Positions 25,142 through 37,500 of a DNA stretch of 64,000 nt are shown here, one piece after another; the stretch's first letter is position 1; each line of letters starts with the position of its first letter. Below the pieces are notes generated by a model. The model was not told where the DNA came from and ran no database searches. It was given only the letters and a program-made list of their open reading frames with translations. Source of the DNA: Ginglymostoma cirratum (lineage: Eukaryota); NCBI GenBank assembly GCA_024137785.1, contig JAHRHZ010000048.1:12318256-12382255 (forward strand), in the 5' to 3' direction. The translations under genes were made by a program, and so were the position numbers.

Positions 25142-25837
25142 TGTTACAACTGTTGCACTGTTTTGCAATCCCCATCAAGCAGAATGCTTTGAGGAGGTGG
25201 GACTTGCATAGAGGGCCAAAAATTATGTTGGGGATCCTCAGAAGTCTGAGTAAAGAACCTCAGAGTGACACTGGAAGATTAACCCTGGTGTGGCAGAGAA
25301 AAGGGAGACCTCTGGAAAAGCCAGGAGAAGTTTGGATTTGAATTTACAAGGCTGTTTATGAACTACGAGTGCGAGTATATAAAGAGGCTATAAATGTTTT
25401 CCAATGTGTTTATTAGTTAATTGTGAGAAAGGTTTTCTGTAGTTTGGTGTATCAAATGTCTATTGTGCATCTGTTAATTGACACTTAATCTGTGCTGCTG
25501 CTTGTTTGTTTGTTATAGTAAATGCCTTAAAATGCGAAATTATGTCATAGAGTCATACAGCACAGAAACAAACCCTTCAGTCCAACTCGTCCTTGCCAAC
25601 CAGACATCCCAATCTGACCTAGTCCTGTTTGCCAGCATTTGGCTCATATTCTACTAAACTCTTCCTATTCATATGTTCATCCCAATGCCTTTTAAATGTT
25701 GTAATGGTACCCACTTCCATCACTTCCTCTGGCAGCTCATTCCATACACGTACCACCCTCTGTGTGGAAAAGTTATCTCTCAGGCTGTTTTTAAACCTTT
25801 CCCCTTTCCCCTCTCACCTTAAACCTATGCCTTCTAG

Positions 25838-26196
25838 AATCACCTTAGAATTCTTACAGTGTGGCAGCAAGCCATTCAGCCCATTGAGTCCACACTGATC
25901 CTCCAAACAGCATCCCACACAGAACCCCACCCCAGCCTATCTTTGTAACCCTGCATTTCCCATGGCTAACCCACCCAGCCTGCATATCCTTGGTTACCAT
26001 GGGCAATTTAGCATGGCCAATCCACCTAACCTGTACATCTTTGCAATTTGGGAGGAAACTGGAGCACCTGGCAGAAACCCACAGAGACATGGGAAGAATG
26101 TGCAAACTCCACACAGAGAGTCGTTCGAGCATGGAATTGAACCCACCTCCCTGTTGCTGTGAGGCCACAGAGCTAACCACTGAGAAACATGCCACC
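25838..26196 (-). mobile_element. HE1-type tRNA SINE nested in CR1
   Basis: Typical HE1 body on the reverse strand. Confidence 0.9.
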
Positions 26197-26943
26197 TGTA
26201 CAGTCTACTTTTGAACTCCCCCATCCTAGGAAAAAGACCTTGGCTATTCACCCTATCCATGCCCTTCATGATTTTATAAACCTCTATAAGGTCCACCAGT
26301 GACTCGGACCTCCAAATCATGAAATGTTTCAAGGGGCTGGTCATGGTCCACATAAACTCTAGTCTCCCAGCCTGCCTTGGATCCCCCACAGTTTGTCTAC
26401 CAATGCAACAGGTCCACAGCAGATGCCATTTCCCTAGCCCTGCACTCAACCCTGGAGCATCTGGACAACAAAGTCACCTGAGTCAGACTCCTACTCATTT
26501 ACTACAACTCCGCCTTCAACATGATTATCCCCTTCAGACTGACCTCAAAACTCTGAGGCCTTGGACTCAGCTCCACCCTCTGCAACTGGATCGTCAGCTT
26601 TCGGACCCACAGACTGCAATCAGTTAAGATAGACAACTGCACCTCTTCCATGATAACAATCAACAGTGGAGCCCCCAAAGGATGTGTCCTTAGCCCCCTA
26701 CTGTGCGCCCTGTACATTCACGACTCTGTTGCCAAATTCCGAACAATTGTCATCTACAAGTTTGCTGACAACCCCACTGTGTTAGGATGGATATCTAACA
26801 ATGAAGAGTCAGAATACAGAAAGAAGATAGAAGACCTGGTGACGTGGTGCAGTGAGAACAACCTCTCTCTCAATGTCAGCAAAACTAAAGAACTGATCAT
26901 TAACTTCAGAAAGAAAGGAAGAGAACACACCCTCTATCTACAC

Positions 26944-27282
26944 GGGGAGGCAATGGCCTAGTCCAGAGGCCCTGATAACATTCTGGGGACCCAGGTTCAA
27001 ATCCCGCCACGGCAGATGGTGGAATTTGAATCCTGTAAAATATCTGGAATTAAGAATCTAATGGTGACTGTGAATCCATTGCCAATTGTCATTAAAAAAC
27101 CCATTTGGTTCACTGATGTCCTTTAGGGAAGGAAACTGCCATCCTTACCTGGTCTGGCCTCTCTGTGACTCCAGACCCACAACAATGTGGCTGACTCTGA
27201 ACTGCCCTCTTGGCAATTATGGATGGGCAATAAATGCTGTCTAGCCAACGATGCCCTCATCCTATAAATGAATAAAAGAAAA
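26944..27282 (+). mobile_element. tRNA-derived SINE with LINE tail, nested in Rex1
   Basis: ggggaggcaatggcctagt...ggttcaaatccc...ggatgggcaataaatgctg; Rex1 reading (IYINGAEVE) resumes after it. Confidence 0.88.
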
Positions 27283-27846
27283 ACATCAATGGAGCTGAGG
27301 TTGAAAGGGCAGAAAGCATTAAGCTCCTAAGAACGACTCTAACCAAAAACCTGTCTTGGACTTCCCACGTAGATACAATGCTCAGGAGAGCACAACAACA
27401 CCTCTTTTTCCTCAGGTGGCGCAGGAAATTTGACATGTCCGTAAGGTCCCTCACCAACTTCTACAGATGCACCATCGAAAGCATACTGTCTGGGTGCATA
27501 ATGGCCTGGTATAGCTACTGCTCTGCCCAGGACCATCAGAAACTACAGAAGGTGGTGTGCACAGCCCAGACCATCACGGAAGCTGACCTTCCATCCATGG
27601 ACTCTATTTACATGACTTATTGCATGGAAATGCTGCCAACATTATCAAAGACACATCCCACCCCTGTAATGCTGTCCTGCAACCTCTTCCATCAGGCAGA
27701 AGATACAGAAGCATGAACACACAGACTAGCAGGTTCAGGAACAGCTTCTTCCCGGACACTATTAGAATGGTCTCTCTAACATTAAATAATGCTGATCTTG
27801 CTTTGCACATGCCCTTTGCGACATAAGCTGTATGCCTCTGTCGAGG

Positions 27847-28420
27847 ATAAAAGGTACTGCAGATGCTGGAGAATCCGAGATAACAAGGTATGGGGCTGAA
27901 TGAACACAGCAGGCCAAGCAGCATCATAGGAGCAGGAAAGCTTGACGTTTCGGGCCTAGACCNNNNNNNNNNNNNNNNNNNNNNNNNNNNNNNNNNNNNN
28001 NNNNNNNNNNNNNNNNNNNNNNNNNNNNNNNNNNNNNNNNNNNNNNNNNNNNNNNNNNNNNNNNNNNNNNNNNNNNNNNNNNNNNNNNNNNNNNNNNNNN
28101 NNNNNNNNNNNNNNNNNNNNNNNNNNNNNNNNNNNNNNNNNNNNNNNNNNNNNNNNNNNNNNNNNNNNNNNNNNNNNNNNNNNNNNNNNNNNNNNNNNNN
28201 NNNNNNNNNNNNNNNNNNNNNNNNNNNNNNNNNNNNNNNNNNNNNNNNNNNNNNNNNNNNNNNNNNNNNNNNNNNNNNNNNNNNNNNNNNNNNNNNNNNN
28301 NNNNNNNNNNNNNNNNNNNNNNNNNNNNNNNNNNNNNNNNNNNNNNNNNNNNNNNNNNNNNNCTGCTCCTATGATGCTGCTTGGCCTGCTGTGTTCATCC
28401 AGCTCCACACCTTGTTATCT
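27847..28420. mobile_element. Penelope-derived fold-back element spanning the 400-N gap
   Basis: The arms on either side of the gap are reverse complements; flanked by direct repeat tgcctctgt(c/t)gagg at 27833-27846 and 28421-28434. Confidence 0.85.
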
Positions 28421-29754
28421 TGCCTCTGTTGAGGGTTTTTTTTTCACCCTGTGATCTGTATGTCCTTGCTTACTATGATCTGCCTGTATTGCTTGTAAAC
28501 AAAGCTTTTCACTGTACTTAGGTACACATGACAATAAATAAATCAAATCAAATCAAGGTCACCCCTCAGTCTCCAAAGCTCCAATGAAAGAAAGCCCCAC
28601 CCTATTCACCTTCTCCCTATAACTCATACCCTCCAGTCCCAGCAATATCCTTGTATATTTTTCTGCATCCTCTCAAGTTTAACAGTATCTTTCCTATAAA
28701 AGGGCAACCAGAATTGTACACAGTATTCCAAAAGTATCATATAATTCTTCATCAGTTGCTGGGAATTTTTTTTTGGATTATCAGTCTCTATGGGAGAATA
28801 ACTACTCTAAAAATAGTTACCTTTAAAAACATCATGAAAGAAGTAGATCATGCCTCAGGATGAATTAATCGTGATTGGAAGTCTCTGATAATTGAATCTG
28901 CTTGACAATCTTTAAAGATGGAACATTTGAAGTTGAAATTTTTTTGGGCTGAATGATCCTATTTTAATATATTTTGAATGCATCTTTTTAATTTAATGTT
29001 ATTTGTGAAGGAACTGCATACCATAGACCATTGCAACTAGAAAATAATTTTGTAAGTTGATTAGAAGTCATTCTCATTAAGTTAAAACCATGTTACTCAT
29101 AGATAGAATAACACATTGTGTGGATGTTTATCCTCCCTTGATGTTTGTGGCAATGGTGTGACACGTGGGAACATACAGTGAAAATAAAAAAAACATAATC
29201 TCAACATCAAAGTAAGATTTTCCAATTTTCACGTGAAGGTTCAACAACTGAGTACAAAATCTTACTAATAAGCATTGACTATCTTAGTTAAATGCACGTG
29301 CACCTCTTTATTGGCCTAACTCACTTCATTTCTGAGCAGCTTCCAATTCTCCATTCTTTCCTCAAGGGACAAGCTGGTGACAATTGCTGATGTGAGAGTT
29401 AGATGTGGTGGCAGTAACTGCTTGCTTCTCTGGGTCTTCATCTGACTCTGTCTTCACCACGACCTCCCTGCAGGGTCCATTGGATACTGGCCTGCTCCAA
29501 CCTTCATTCATGCACCTTGGCAATGGCAAACCTTCAGCATCACCACATCGTCATGCTAGCTCTCTCTTCTCAGAACAATTCCCACACCAGTACCTGAGGA
29601 CTTCACTTTGCGGCTCAGGGACACCGAGGTCTTGCACATTCCTGGCAGGTTGCTTCTTGTGTGGGGGCACATATGCATCTCATGTAGCTACTCAGGATAC
29701 ATTTAGTTCTATTTGATTCATTTAATTCAGATTGGGCAGTGGGGGGTGGACTGC

Positions 29755-30060
29755 AGCATGGTGGCTCAGTGGTTAGCACTGCAGCCTCACAGCGCCAGGG
29801 ACCCGGGTTCAATTTTACCCACAGACAGTTGTCTATATGGAGTTTGCACATTCTCCCCAGCTCTGTATGGGTTTCCTCAGGGTGCTCTGGTTTTGTCCCA
29901 CAGTCCAAAGCTGTGGAGGCTGGGTGGATTGGCTGTGAAACATGCAGGGTGACAAGGATAGAATAGAGGGGTGGGCCTGGGTGGGTGGCTCATTGGAGGG
30001 TTGGTGTGGACATGATGGGCCGAATGGCCTGTTTCCGTACTGTAGGGATTCTATGATTCT
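29755..30060 (+). mobile_element. HE1-type tRNA SINE
   Basis: Typical head, body and tail. Confidence 0.92.
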
Positions 30061-30065
30061 AATTC

Positions 30066-30405
30066 AGGTCAACACAGTGGCTCAGTGGCTAGCACTGCTG
30101 CCTCACTGAACCAGGGACCCAGGTTCAAATCCAGCCTTGGGTGACTGTCTGTGTGGAGTTTGCACATTCTCCCTGTGACTGCGTGGGTTTCCACCAGGTG
30201 CTGTGGTTTCCTCCCACAGTCCAAAGATGCACAGGTTAGGTGGATTGGCTGTGCTAAATTGCCTTGTAGTGTGCAGGTTAATTGAATTAGCCATGGTAAA
30301 GTGCAGGGTTATGGGTATAGGTTGGGGGGCTGGGGCTGGGTCTGGGTGAGATGCTCTTTGGATGGTTGGCACAGATGGGCTGAATTCTGCACCATAGGGG
30401 TTTTA
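30066..30405 (+). mobile_element. HE1-type tRNA SINE (tandem second copy)
   Basis: Typical head and body directly after the previous copy. Confidence 0.92.
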
Positions 30406-32879
30406 TTATTTTTATCTTCATTTTTTTGCACTCATTCACGTTGAGCTTACTTGGAGCTGTCAGCCTCTGGTTTGCAATGGGGAGAGGCAGTAATCTGTCA
30501 CATCAGAGCGCACTGAACACTCAAGGGATGGACAAGTTTCTGTTGGGCACTATACTACATGTCACACCTACAGCATGCGGCAGCAGCAAACACTGTGTGT
30601 GCCTCATGCAAACGGCCATGTGTGAAAGTCAAAGAGGGTTACACGGAGAACTATATTCAGGGGATATTGCCACTATCAGTCAAGTGGCCCGTCTGGTTCT
30701 AGTCCAGGGGTTTGGCCGTGGTTCATCCTGCAGATCAATTGCAACCAGTCAAAAAAGTACAGGAACATCAGTCATCAGTCTGGGCAAAGTCAATTTTTCT
30801 TGCAATAACACAAAGAGGGGACTGAGTTCAATGGTGCTGGGTGGAGGAGCAGTTTGAGGTGATACATTGGCAGGAGTGGTAGTAAGGCATCCCCAGTGAG
30901 TAAGCCAGAATCACTGAGGACAGGAGAGGTTAATAGTTTGGGAGGATGAGGTGAATGTGAGTTGCTGAGTGGACATGCTCAGTGCAATGGTGAGAGCGGT
31001 ATCCACGAACCTTGCTGAGATTAGGCTACACAGGCAGAGTTAGAGTGAGTGCCGGCTCTGTGAGTGTGAGATAGCAGATTAAAAAATGGTTGCACTTACC
31101 TCTATGGAGTGCAAAGGATCTTTACATGTATATTCTGTCTGCAACGTTCTGCATTGCGTTTCACTGGGACACTGCACGATCCAGACCGCTATCACGGTCC
31201 AGGTTCTTGTGATGTGGCTTCCTTCACCAGTCAGCAGTGAAAAGCACTGCCTTCCTCTCCACCACCCCATCCACCTGCAGCTATAGGGTCCTGTCAGTGA
31301 AGCAAGGAGATAACGTCCATTTCTGGGCCATGTCCTTTGGAATTTCAGTGCAGGACCACTGTGCAAAGGGCAGTTACTGGCTTGCAAAGCCTGAAGTGAT
31401 GAACAGCTAGGGCTTTAATATGGCCAGCAGTGTAAACAGTGCGAAGGCTGAGCGGGAACGAGTACTTCCATCCCTCCTCCCACAAAATGCCATCGGACCA
31501 GCACCTTTGAAGTCAGTTTCATAATCAATGAGAGGAAGAGCAGAAACGTCTGTGAGAAAAGTCACCATGGATCATGTGGACTGGTGTCATGAATCTCACT
31601 TCTAAAAAACATTTTGCCAAAAGATGGGAAAATGAACAAAATTCTTTTTCTTTGTGTGATTCAATCCAATTTCAGCTCTGTTGATCTATGTTGACCAAGT
31701 TACCACTTTTAAGTATAACAAGGAATTTTTTTTATCCAAAATTACTTTAAAGTAATTTTGCACTAAATCATGGCTCCAATTTCATAGCAGAGAGTGCATT
31801 TGGTGAAGTGGTTTGACTCAAAACTCAGCACAATTTTAGGCTCAATTTATTTTGCGGTAGCTGATTTCATTCCAAGTGGAAATTCTAGCCCTTTAAGTTC
31901 CATTCTATTTCTGTCTATGAATACCCTACCACACAGCAGCTAGGATACAGAAGAATCTAATGTTGTGAAGTGGAATGAAAGTTTGGAATGTACTTAGAGG
32001 GTTGTAAGCCTTAAACCATAAGGTCACATTTTACAAGAATGCTTAATGTTGTGACTTACGTGCTACTGTCGAAGAAAACATGTATTTAATCAACAAACTG
32101 CACTTTTGAGTTAGTCAGAATTAGTAGTTTAATATTTAGCCTGTGCTTCAACAGATGGACATCTATAGTTTTGGAATTCTTAAGGGAATATCACTGTAAT
32201 TAAGGAAATATCAGAACAGATCTTGAAGGAAATGCTTGCACGTCTTCTATACGTTCTTTTACATTTTGAGTCTAGAAATTTTGAGATAACCTTTAGCTAA
32301 TTTTATATTTAACATGCGTCATTGCATAATGCTATTGATTTTTATTTAGTCGTAATACTTCTTTATTGGATATTGAGAATAATTCATATTACAAGGCTTA
32401 AAAATAATGCATGTACAGGTTAATTATTCAGGTGGTAACATACCCTCCAGTCAGCGTGAAAAGTAGCTTGCGCATTACTAGCAGATCATAAATGGCAATG
32501 CTCAGTGTATGTCAAAGAAAATAGTGGTACAGGATACACAGAGGCTACATTGGTCATTAGCTTATGCAAAACATAACTTCAGCAGCACCAGGCCCTATTT
32601 GCTGGAGAAATTTCTACTGTAGTTGATTATCTATTGTTATTTTCCATATTAAATGTCAACTGCAAGTAAAGCTTATGACAAAAAAATTTAGATGCGCGCA
32701 AGAAGTTGGGTGTGGAGTCTTCCCAGCCCCTGAACAACATGGTCAATGGCGAGTAAGTCAGACCCAACAATGCGGTGAGTTCAGAAAAGTGAGACTCTCA
32801 GCACTTAGAAATAAAATTTCAACTTTAAGCAACCAAATTTTGAACAGTAAAACACGAATCTCAATGGTGTGGACAGTGG

Positions 32880-33347
32880 GATAACTATCTGCGTGCATTT
32901 TATACCAATAGTACTTGATCTCGCCTCATTGGTTGGGTCCGACGCTAGTGGCAGTGAAGTGGTGGTGGAAGGGAATCGCAATGATATCAGTGAGGTGGGC
33001 CCAGCAGCAAGAGATGTGACTCTGACATTGGCAGGTCCGGTACAGCAGACAGTGAGGTGGTGGAGGAGGAAATTCAGCTCAGTGGTGCCTGAAGAGTGAC
33101 AGATTCAACATTGGTTGTGTCCAGTGTAGATGGTAGCAAAGTTGGTGGAGGAGGGATGATTGTGCTGGCGTCATTGATGATGATCTGGCTCAGAACTCTT
33201 TAAGCTGTACACTTCTTTTTTTCTCTTATTGTTAAAACTATTCAAAATGGTGCCAGATCATGGCAACAGTGGAAAAGCATTTCATTGTATTTTACTGTTT
33301 ATCTCACTGTAAAATACTGTATGACAATAAACCATTCATTCATTCAT
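32880..33347 (+). mobile_element. Non-coding element with Rex1-like tail
   Basis: GC-richer body, then aaaatggtgcc...tttcattgta...tgacaataaa(catt)n. Confidence 0.6.
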
Positions 33348-33349
33348 TG

Positions 33350-33590
33350 ATATCCAGGTTCTTATTCTCCCAGATCGAAACCAAATGCTGACAATTCCTG
33401 ACTTGAAAGTCCAAGCTCCAGCTTTCTGCTTTCTCTTCCGGGTGTCTATCACTGACAGCAGTCCTGAAGATCTCAGGGTCCAGTCCAGGAGCAGCGACTG
33501 CTTGCATCTCCTTTCCACTAAGGTTGGCATCGGGTATCCACCAGCCTCACCACACCATCATGAAACGTTTCCATCTCACTTACAATGCAA
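33350..33590 (+). mobile_element. Harbinger-family internal fragment
   Basis: 33495-33587 aligns by eye to 45803-45897 (aggttggcat...accagcctcaccaca.catca). Confidence 0.5.
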
Positions 33591-33715
33591 GCAAAATACT
33601 GTGTATGCTTGAAATCACAAAACAAAAACAGAGAATGCTGGAGAAACTCTGGTAGTGTCTGCAGAGAGGGAAACAGAGTTAATGTTTTGCGTCCAACATG
33701 ACTCTTCTGCAGAAG
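33588..33715 (-). mobile_element. Penelope-derived terminal fragment
   Basis: aaaacagagaatgctggagaaactc...aacagagttaatgttttg...gactcttctgcagaa (decayed hammerhead region). Confidence 0.6.
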
Positions 33716-34959
33716 CCTTCAAGTTCCCTATTAACGAGAGCAGAACATTCCACCCCATTATTATTTTCAGTACATGAAAAGTTAATGGTTAAAGCGCCGA
33801 ACTTCTGAGCAGGATATTTTTATTTTGAGCATAATCATGAAGTATAGACATGGTTTCTACTTTTAACCAAAAATTAAACAAATCTGAATGTATTAATTAA
33901 AAACTTGGCATTGTGGTCTCTTGCAGTCGTATCTAAATGCTGTTGTTCTGGTTTCTAAACCAATGGTTCATATATACTAAGATTTATTATTTTATATGCT
34001 ACTTCATTTATACATTACTTTTGCTATAGGATTTAAATTTTAATTTGACCTTATGGAGCACTGCTTCATGGCTACAAGTTTGAGCAAGCGTTTGTTTTCA
34101 GTCAGCTGTATGCATAGACTCTGTGCAGTGAACTGATCAAATAACTTTGAAAATTATTTGCTTAAGTAAGGCAAAAGCAAAGTTGGTTTGGTGGCGGTAG
34201 TGGATTGGGGGAAGGGGGAGTTGGTGGAAGTCAGAAACTAGATGTTCATCTTTACAAGTAGCACCTTAAAACACTGATCAAGTAACAGTTATAATTACAT
34301 TTCTCCAAATTTGCCCCCATCCTGAGAAGTGTGGATATAGTTACAGTCAGTAAATTGATATTAGTGTTGTTTCTCCCCCTCAGTGGGAAATAATACCAAT
34401 CACTTTAAAAAGATACCTGTCATTTTGAATAAAACAGAAAATGACAATAAACAGGAAACTCCAAAGCAACTTCTTGTCCCTTGAAGCAGGATTCTTCACA
34501 AAACACTTATGGTTCCTTGTCATTTTCTACAATAAATCCCAAATAAATCTCGAAAAGAGCTTATTATTATTTTACAGAGCCAGCTTGACAGTTTGACAGG
34601 TCAATCCATAACAGTTCATCAAACTATTTTTCCAACTCTTAGAATCAAGAGTAGGGCTCTGATCTTAGAATTCCAGGGGTTATATTCTGCTGGGATTAAT
34701 GAGGTGGAGTGAGATTCAGATTCTCCTGGAGAAGAGTGCAGTATCCATACTCGTTTGAATCTCAGGCACAGAACATGCCTGTGATTTATATCCTGACAGC
34801 TTGTGAAACCCATTAGCTGTGTGGACTGAACGATGACCTGCCCAAAGCTCCAGCTTCACCAGTCCAGCTGGTTCAGAGCATTCGATTCAGGGTGTGTGTT
34901 ATTTGTGTATTGAACCAGCAGCTTCTTGGCTGGTTCTGGGTTTATTTGTGACTTGCGGC

Positions 34960-35748
34960 AGACGGAGTTTTATAATAGATAAATGTGAGTTGTTGTATAT
35001 TGGTAAGGCAAACCAGGGCAGGACATAATGGTGGGGCCCTGGGGTGTGTTGTCGAGCAAAGACACCTAGGGGTGCAGGTGCATAGTTACTCGAAAGTGGA
35101 CTCACAGGTAGACACAATGGTGAAGAAGGCATTTGGCAAGCTTTATTGGTCAGAAGATAAAGTATAGGAGCTGGATGTCATGTTGCAGCTGTACAGGACT
35201 TTGGTGAGGCCACTTTTAGAATACTGTATACAATTCTGGTTGTCCTTCTATAGGAAGAATATTGTTAAACTTGAGAGGGTGAGGAATAGATTTACAAGGA
35301 TATTGCTGAGACTGAAGGGTTTGAGTTATAGAGAGAGGCGAATAGGCTCGGGCACTTTTTTCCTTGGAGTATCGGAGGCTGAGGGATCACATTATAGAAG
35401 TTTATAAAATCCTGAGGGGCATGGACAGAGTGAACAGCTATGGTCTTTTAATTAGGGTGGGGAGGTCCAAAACTAAAGGGCATAGGTTTAAGGTGAGAAG
35501 GGAAATATTTAAAAAGGACCTGAGGGGCAACTTTATCATGCAGAGTGTGATGGGTATATGGAATGAGCTGCCAGAGGAAATGGTGGAAGTGGGTACAATT
35601 ACAACATTTAAAATGCATCTGGATGGATATATGAATAGGAAAGGTTTAGAGGGATATGGCCCAAATGGGATTAGGTCAGATTAGGATATCTGGTCAGCAC
35701 GAATGAGGTGGACTGAAGGTCTGTTTCCGTGTTGTATGACTCTATGAC
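34960..35748 (+). mobile_element. CR1 LINE 3' fragment
   Basis: MLQLYRTLVRPLLEYCIQFW...RRLRDHIIEVYKILRGMDRVN...WNELPEE; tail (tatgactc)n. Confidence 0.95.
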
Positions 35749-36639
35749 GTTATAACTTTTCAATGGCCAATTAAGATGACAGCATCCTGTGTCATCCAGC
35801 AAAATAAAACTAATCTGACGGAAGTGCTTCCTTTTAAAGGTGCAGAAGCAACAAATCGCTGTGTAATGAACACATCAAACAAACTCTTAAATTGAATTAT
35901 GTTGCTGTCTTTAGCTTTGAACATGCTTTCTAGTCCCTCCAGTTCCTGCAATGGAAGGGCTCAAGTGTTCAAACAGAATCTGCTTGCTGCCTTGTCAGAG
36001 CATCTCAGGGCAGACATATCCATGGAAGACAGCAGGTAATCAGAGGGAACAAGCATACCACTTTAATACATCAAAGAAAGAAAAACGTGGGTCAGATGTC
36101 CTCTTCAACAAGCACTCAATTTGCCTAGAAGTAATTCTTAGGGATATCAACAGATGAAGATTTTATGCATTTAATTGAATTTCTGTTGATTATTTTCACA
36201 CAAGTGTTGTTAGGTTGTTGTGAATGTATTAACATAGCAGACAATGGAGTGCAGCTGTTACAATTTAATTGGGAAACAGTGCACCAATGATTATACCCCA
36301 CTGTTCCACAAGTTGCCCTAAAATATATAAAATCTCAATTAAACCACTGTTTGCTTGACTGACTGCTATTGAGGACAAAAGCAATTCACACTAGGTTTTG
36401 TCAGTAACAGAAAAGTAATGATTTAATGTAATATAAGTACATTTAACAAAAGACAGACAGAAGATTTCTAATCAATGACTGTGCTGCTTAAACTGCACCC
36501 TTTTCAAAAACACCAAATATACATGCAGTCATTCATGATTAATACTGAAGAAAGACAAATGGTTTAACAAAGATACTATAGTGGAAAAAGGAATATTGAC
36601 AGGGTAAATAAATTTACAGTGATATGGATGGACTAGAGA

Positions 36640-37500
36640 TGGTGCACAAAATGTTTACGAGGATAATTTTAGAACTGTCAGATTTTACTTGTCAGAAAAG
36701 ATTGAATATTGTGGACTTGTTCCCTTCCAGCAAAGAGTAGACAACCGGGATTCTCATAGATGGTTTTACGTTGATTAAAGGACTTGATAGAAGATGTTCA
36801 GAAAGAACATGTTTCTTTCTGAACAAGGACAAGGACAGAAAGAAGATGTTTCCAATTGTGGAGAACACTAAAACTGGATGGTGGAGACAGGAGGGTGGGG
36901 GGAAGTGTGGTAAGTTGGATAAGTATAACATTATCAATAATAACAAATTATATCATATTTAGCCAGAGAACAGCTAGCATGTTGAATTTGCTACCATATG
37001 GTGTAGTTGAGGTGATTGTAGCATAGACACATTTAAAGGAAAGCTACAAGAAAGCAGGAGCGATAACTAACTGGAGGTTATGTTCATAGAATCATCAAAC
37101 CCCACAAGTTGGGGTTTCCACAACTTGTGGAAACAGGCCATTTGGCCCATCAAGTCCACACTGACCCTCTGAATTGCATCTCACCCAGACCCACACCCCT
37201 GCTCAATCCCTGTAACCCTGCACTTCCCATGGCTAATCCCCCTAACCTGCATATCTTTGGACTGTGGGAGGTAACTGGAGCACCCAGGTGAAACCCATGC
37301 AGACACAGGGAGAACGTGCAAACTCCACGCAGATGGTTGCCTGAGGATGGAACTGAGCCTGGGTTCCCTGATGCTGTAAGGCAACAGTGCTTACCACTGA
37401 GCCACCATGACACCATGCCACCCATGCTGATGAAGTTAGATGAAGGAGGTTGGGAGAAGGCTTGTATTTAATGGACTGAATGGCCTGTTTCTCTGTTGTA
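36640..37500 (+). mobile_element. Degenerate CR1 3' fragment interrupted by HE1
   Basis: IKGLDR...KMFPIV; the tail atggactgaatggcctgtttctctgttgta resumes after the SINE. Confidence 0.6.
37086..37423 (-). mobile_element. HE1-type tRNA SINE
   Basis: Typical HE1 body on the reverse strand. Confidence 0.9.

Larger units (their letters stand above)
26318..28553 (+). mobile_element. Rex1/Babar-clade LINE 3' fragment
   Basis: GAPKGCVLSPLL..LY..D...KFADN..LNVSKTKELIINFRK; AQQHLFFLR...LTNFYRCTIESILSGCI.AWY; LPSGRRYRS...TSRFRNSFFP; tail tgacaataaa(taaatc)n. Confidence 0.92.
25546..28735 (-). mobile_element. CR1 LINE 3' fragment split by nested insertions (pieces 25546-25837, 26200-26293, 28554-28735)
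   Basis: CR1 text resumes across the HE1 and Rex1 insertions; aaggtc is duplicated at both Rex1 junctions. Confidence 0.85.
29118..31645 (+). mobile_element. PIF/Harbinger relic: HARBI1-like (+) and Myb/SANT (-) remnants
   Basis: Plus-strand words SLQG...Q...H, AG....G....SHVA (29405-29716) and MDK...LHVTP...CVC....QRG (about 30530-30640). Minus strand MAQK...PCFTD..L.LQVDGVVERKAVLF from 31331 to a GTAAGT donor at 31094-31099. The left end resembles 44485. Confidence 0.65.

Noticed and set aside
24611-25168. 185-aa ORF as a host gene
   Set aside because: It is the C-terminus of CR1 ORF2, 5'-truncated.
27890-28432. 180-aa and 150-aa ORFs
   Set aside because: Artefacts of translating the N gap.
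29755-29830. tRNA gene calls at SINE heads
   Set aside because: The A/B boxes belong to tRNA-derived SINE heads and continue into SINE bodies; no cloverleaf with an acceptor stem.
32692-32752. Possible exon (DARKKLGVESSQPLNNMVNG) ending in gtaagt
   Set aside because: The acceptor is preceded by an A-run with no polypyrimidine tract, and I do not recognise the peptide.
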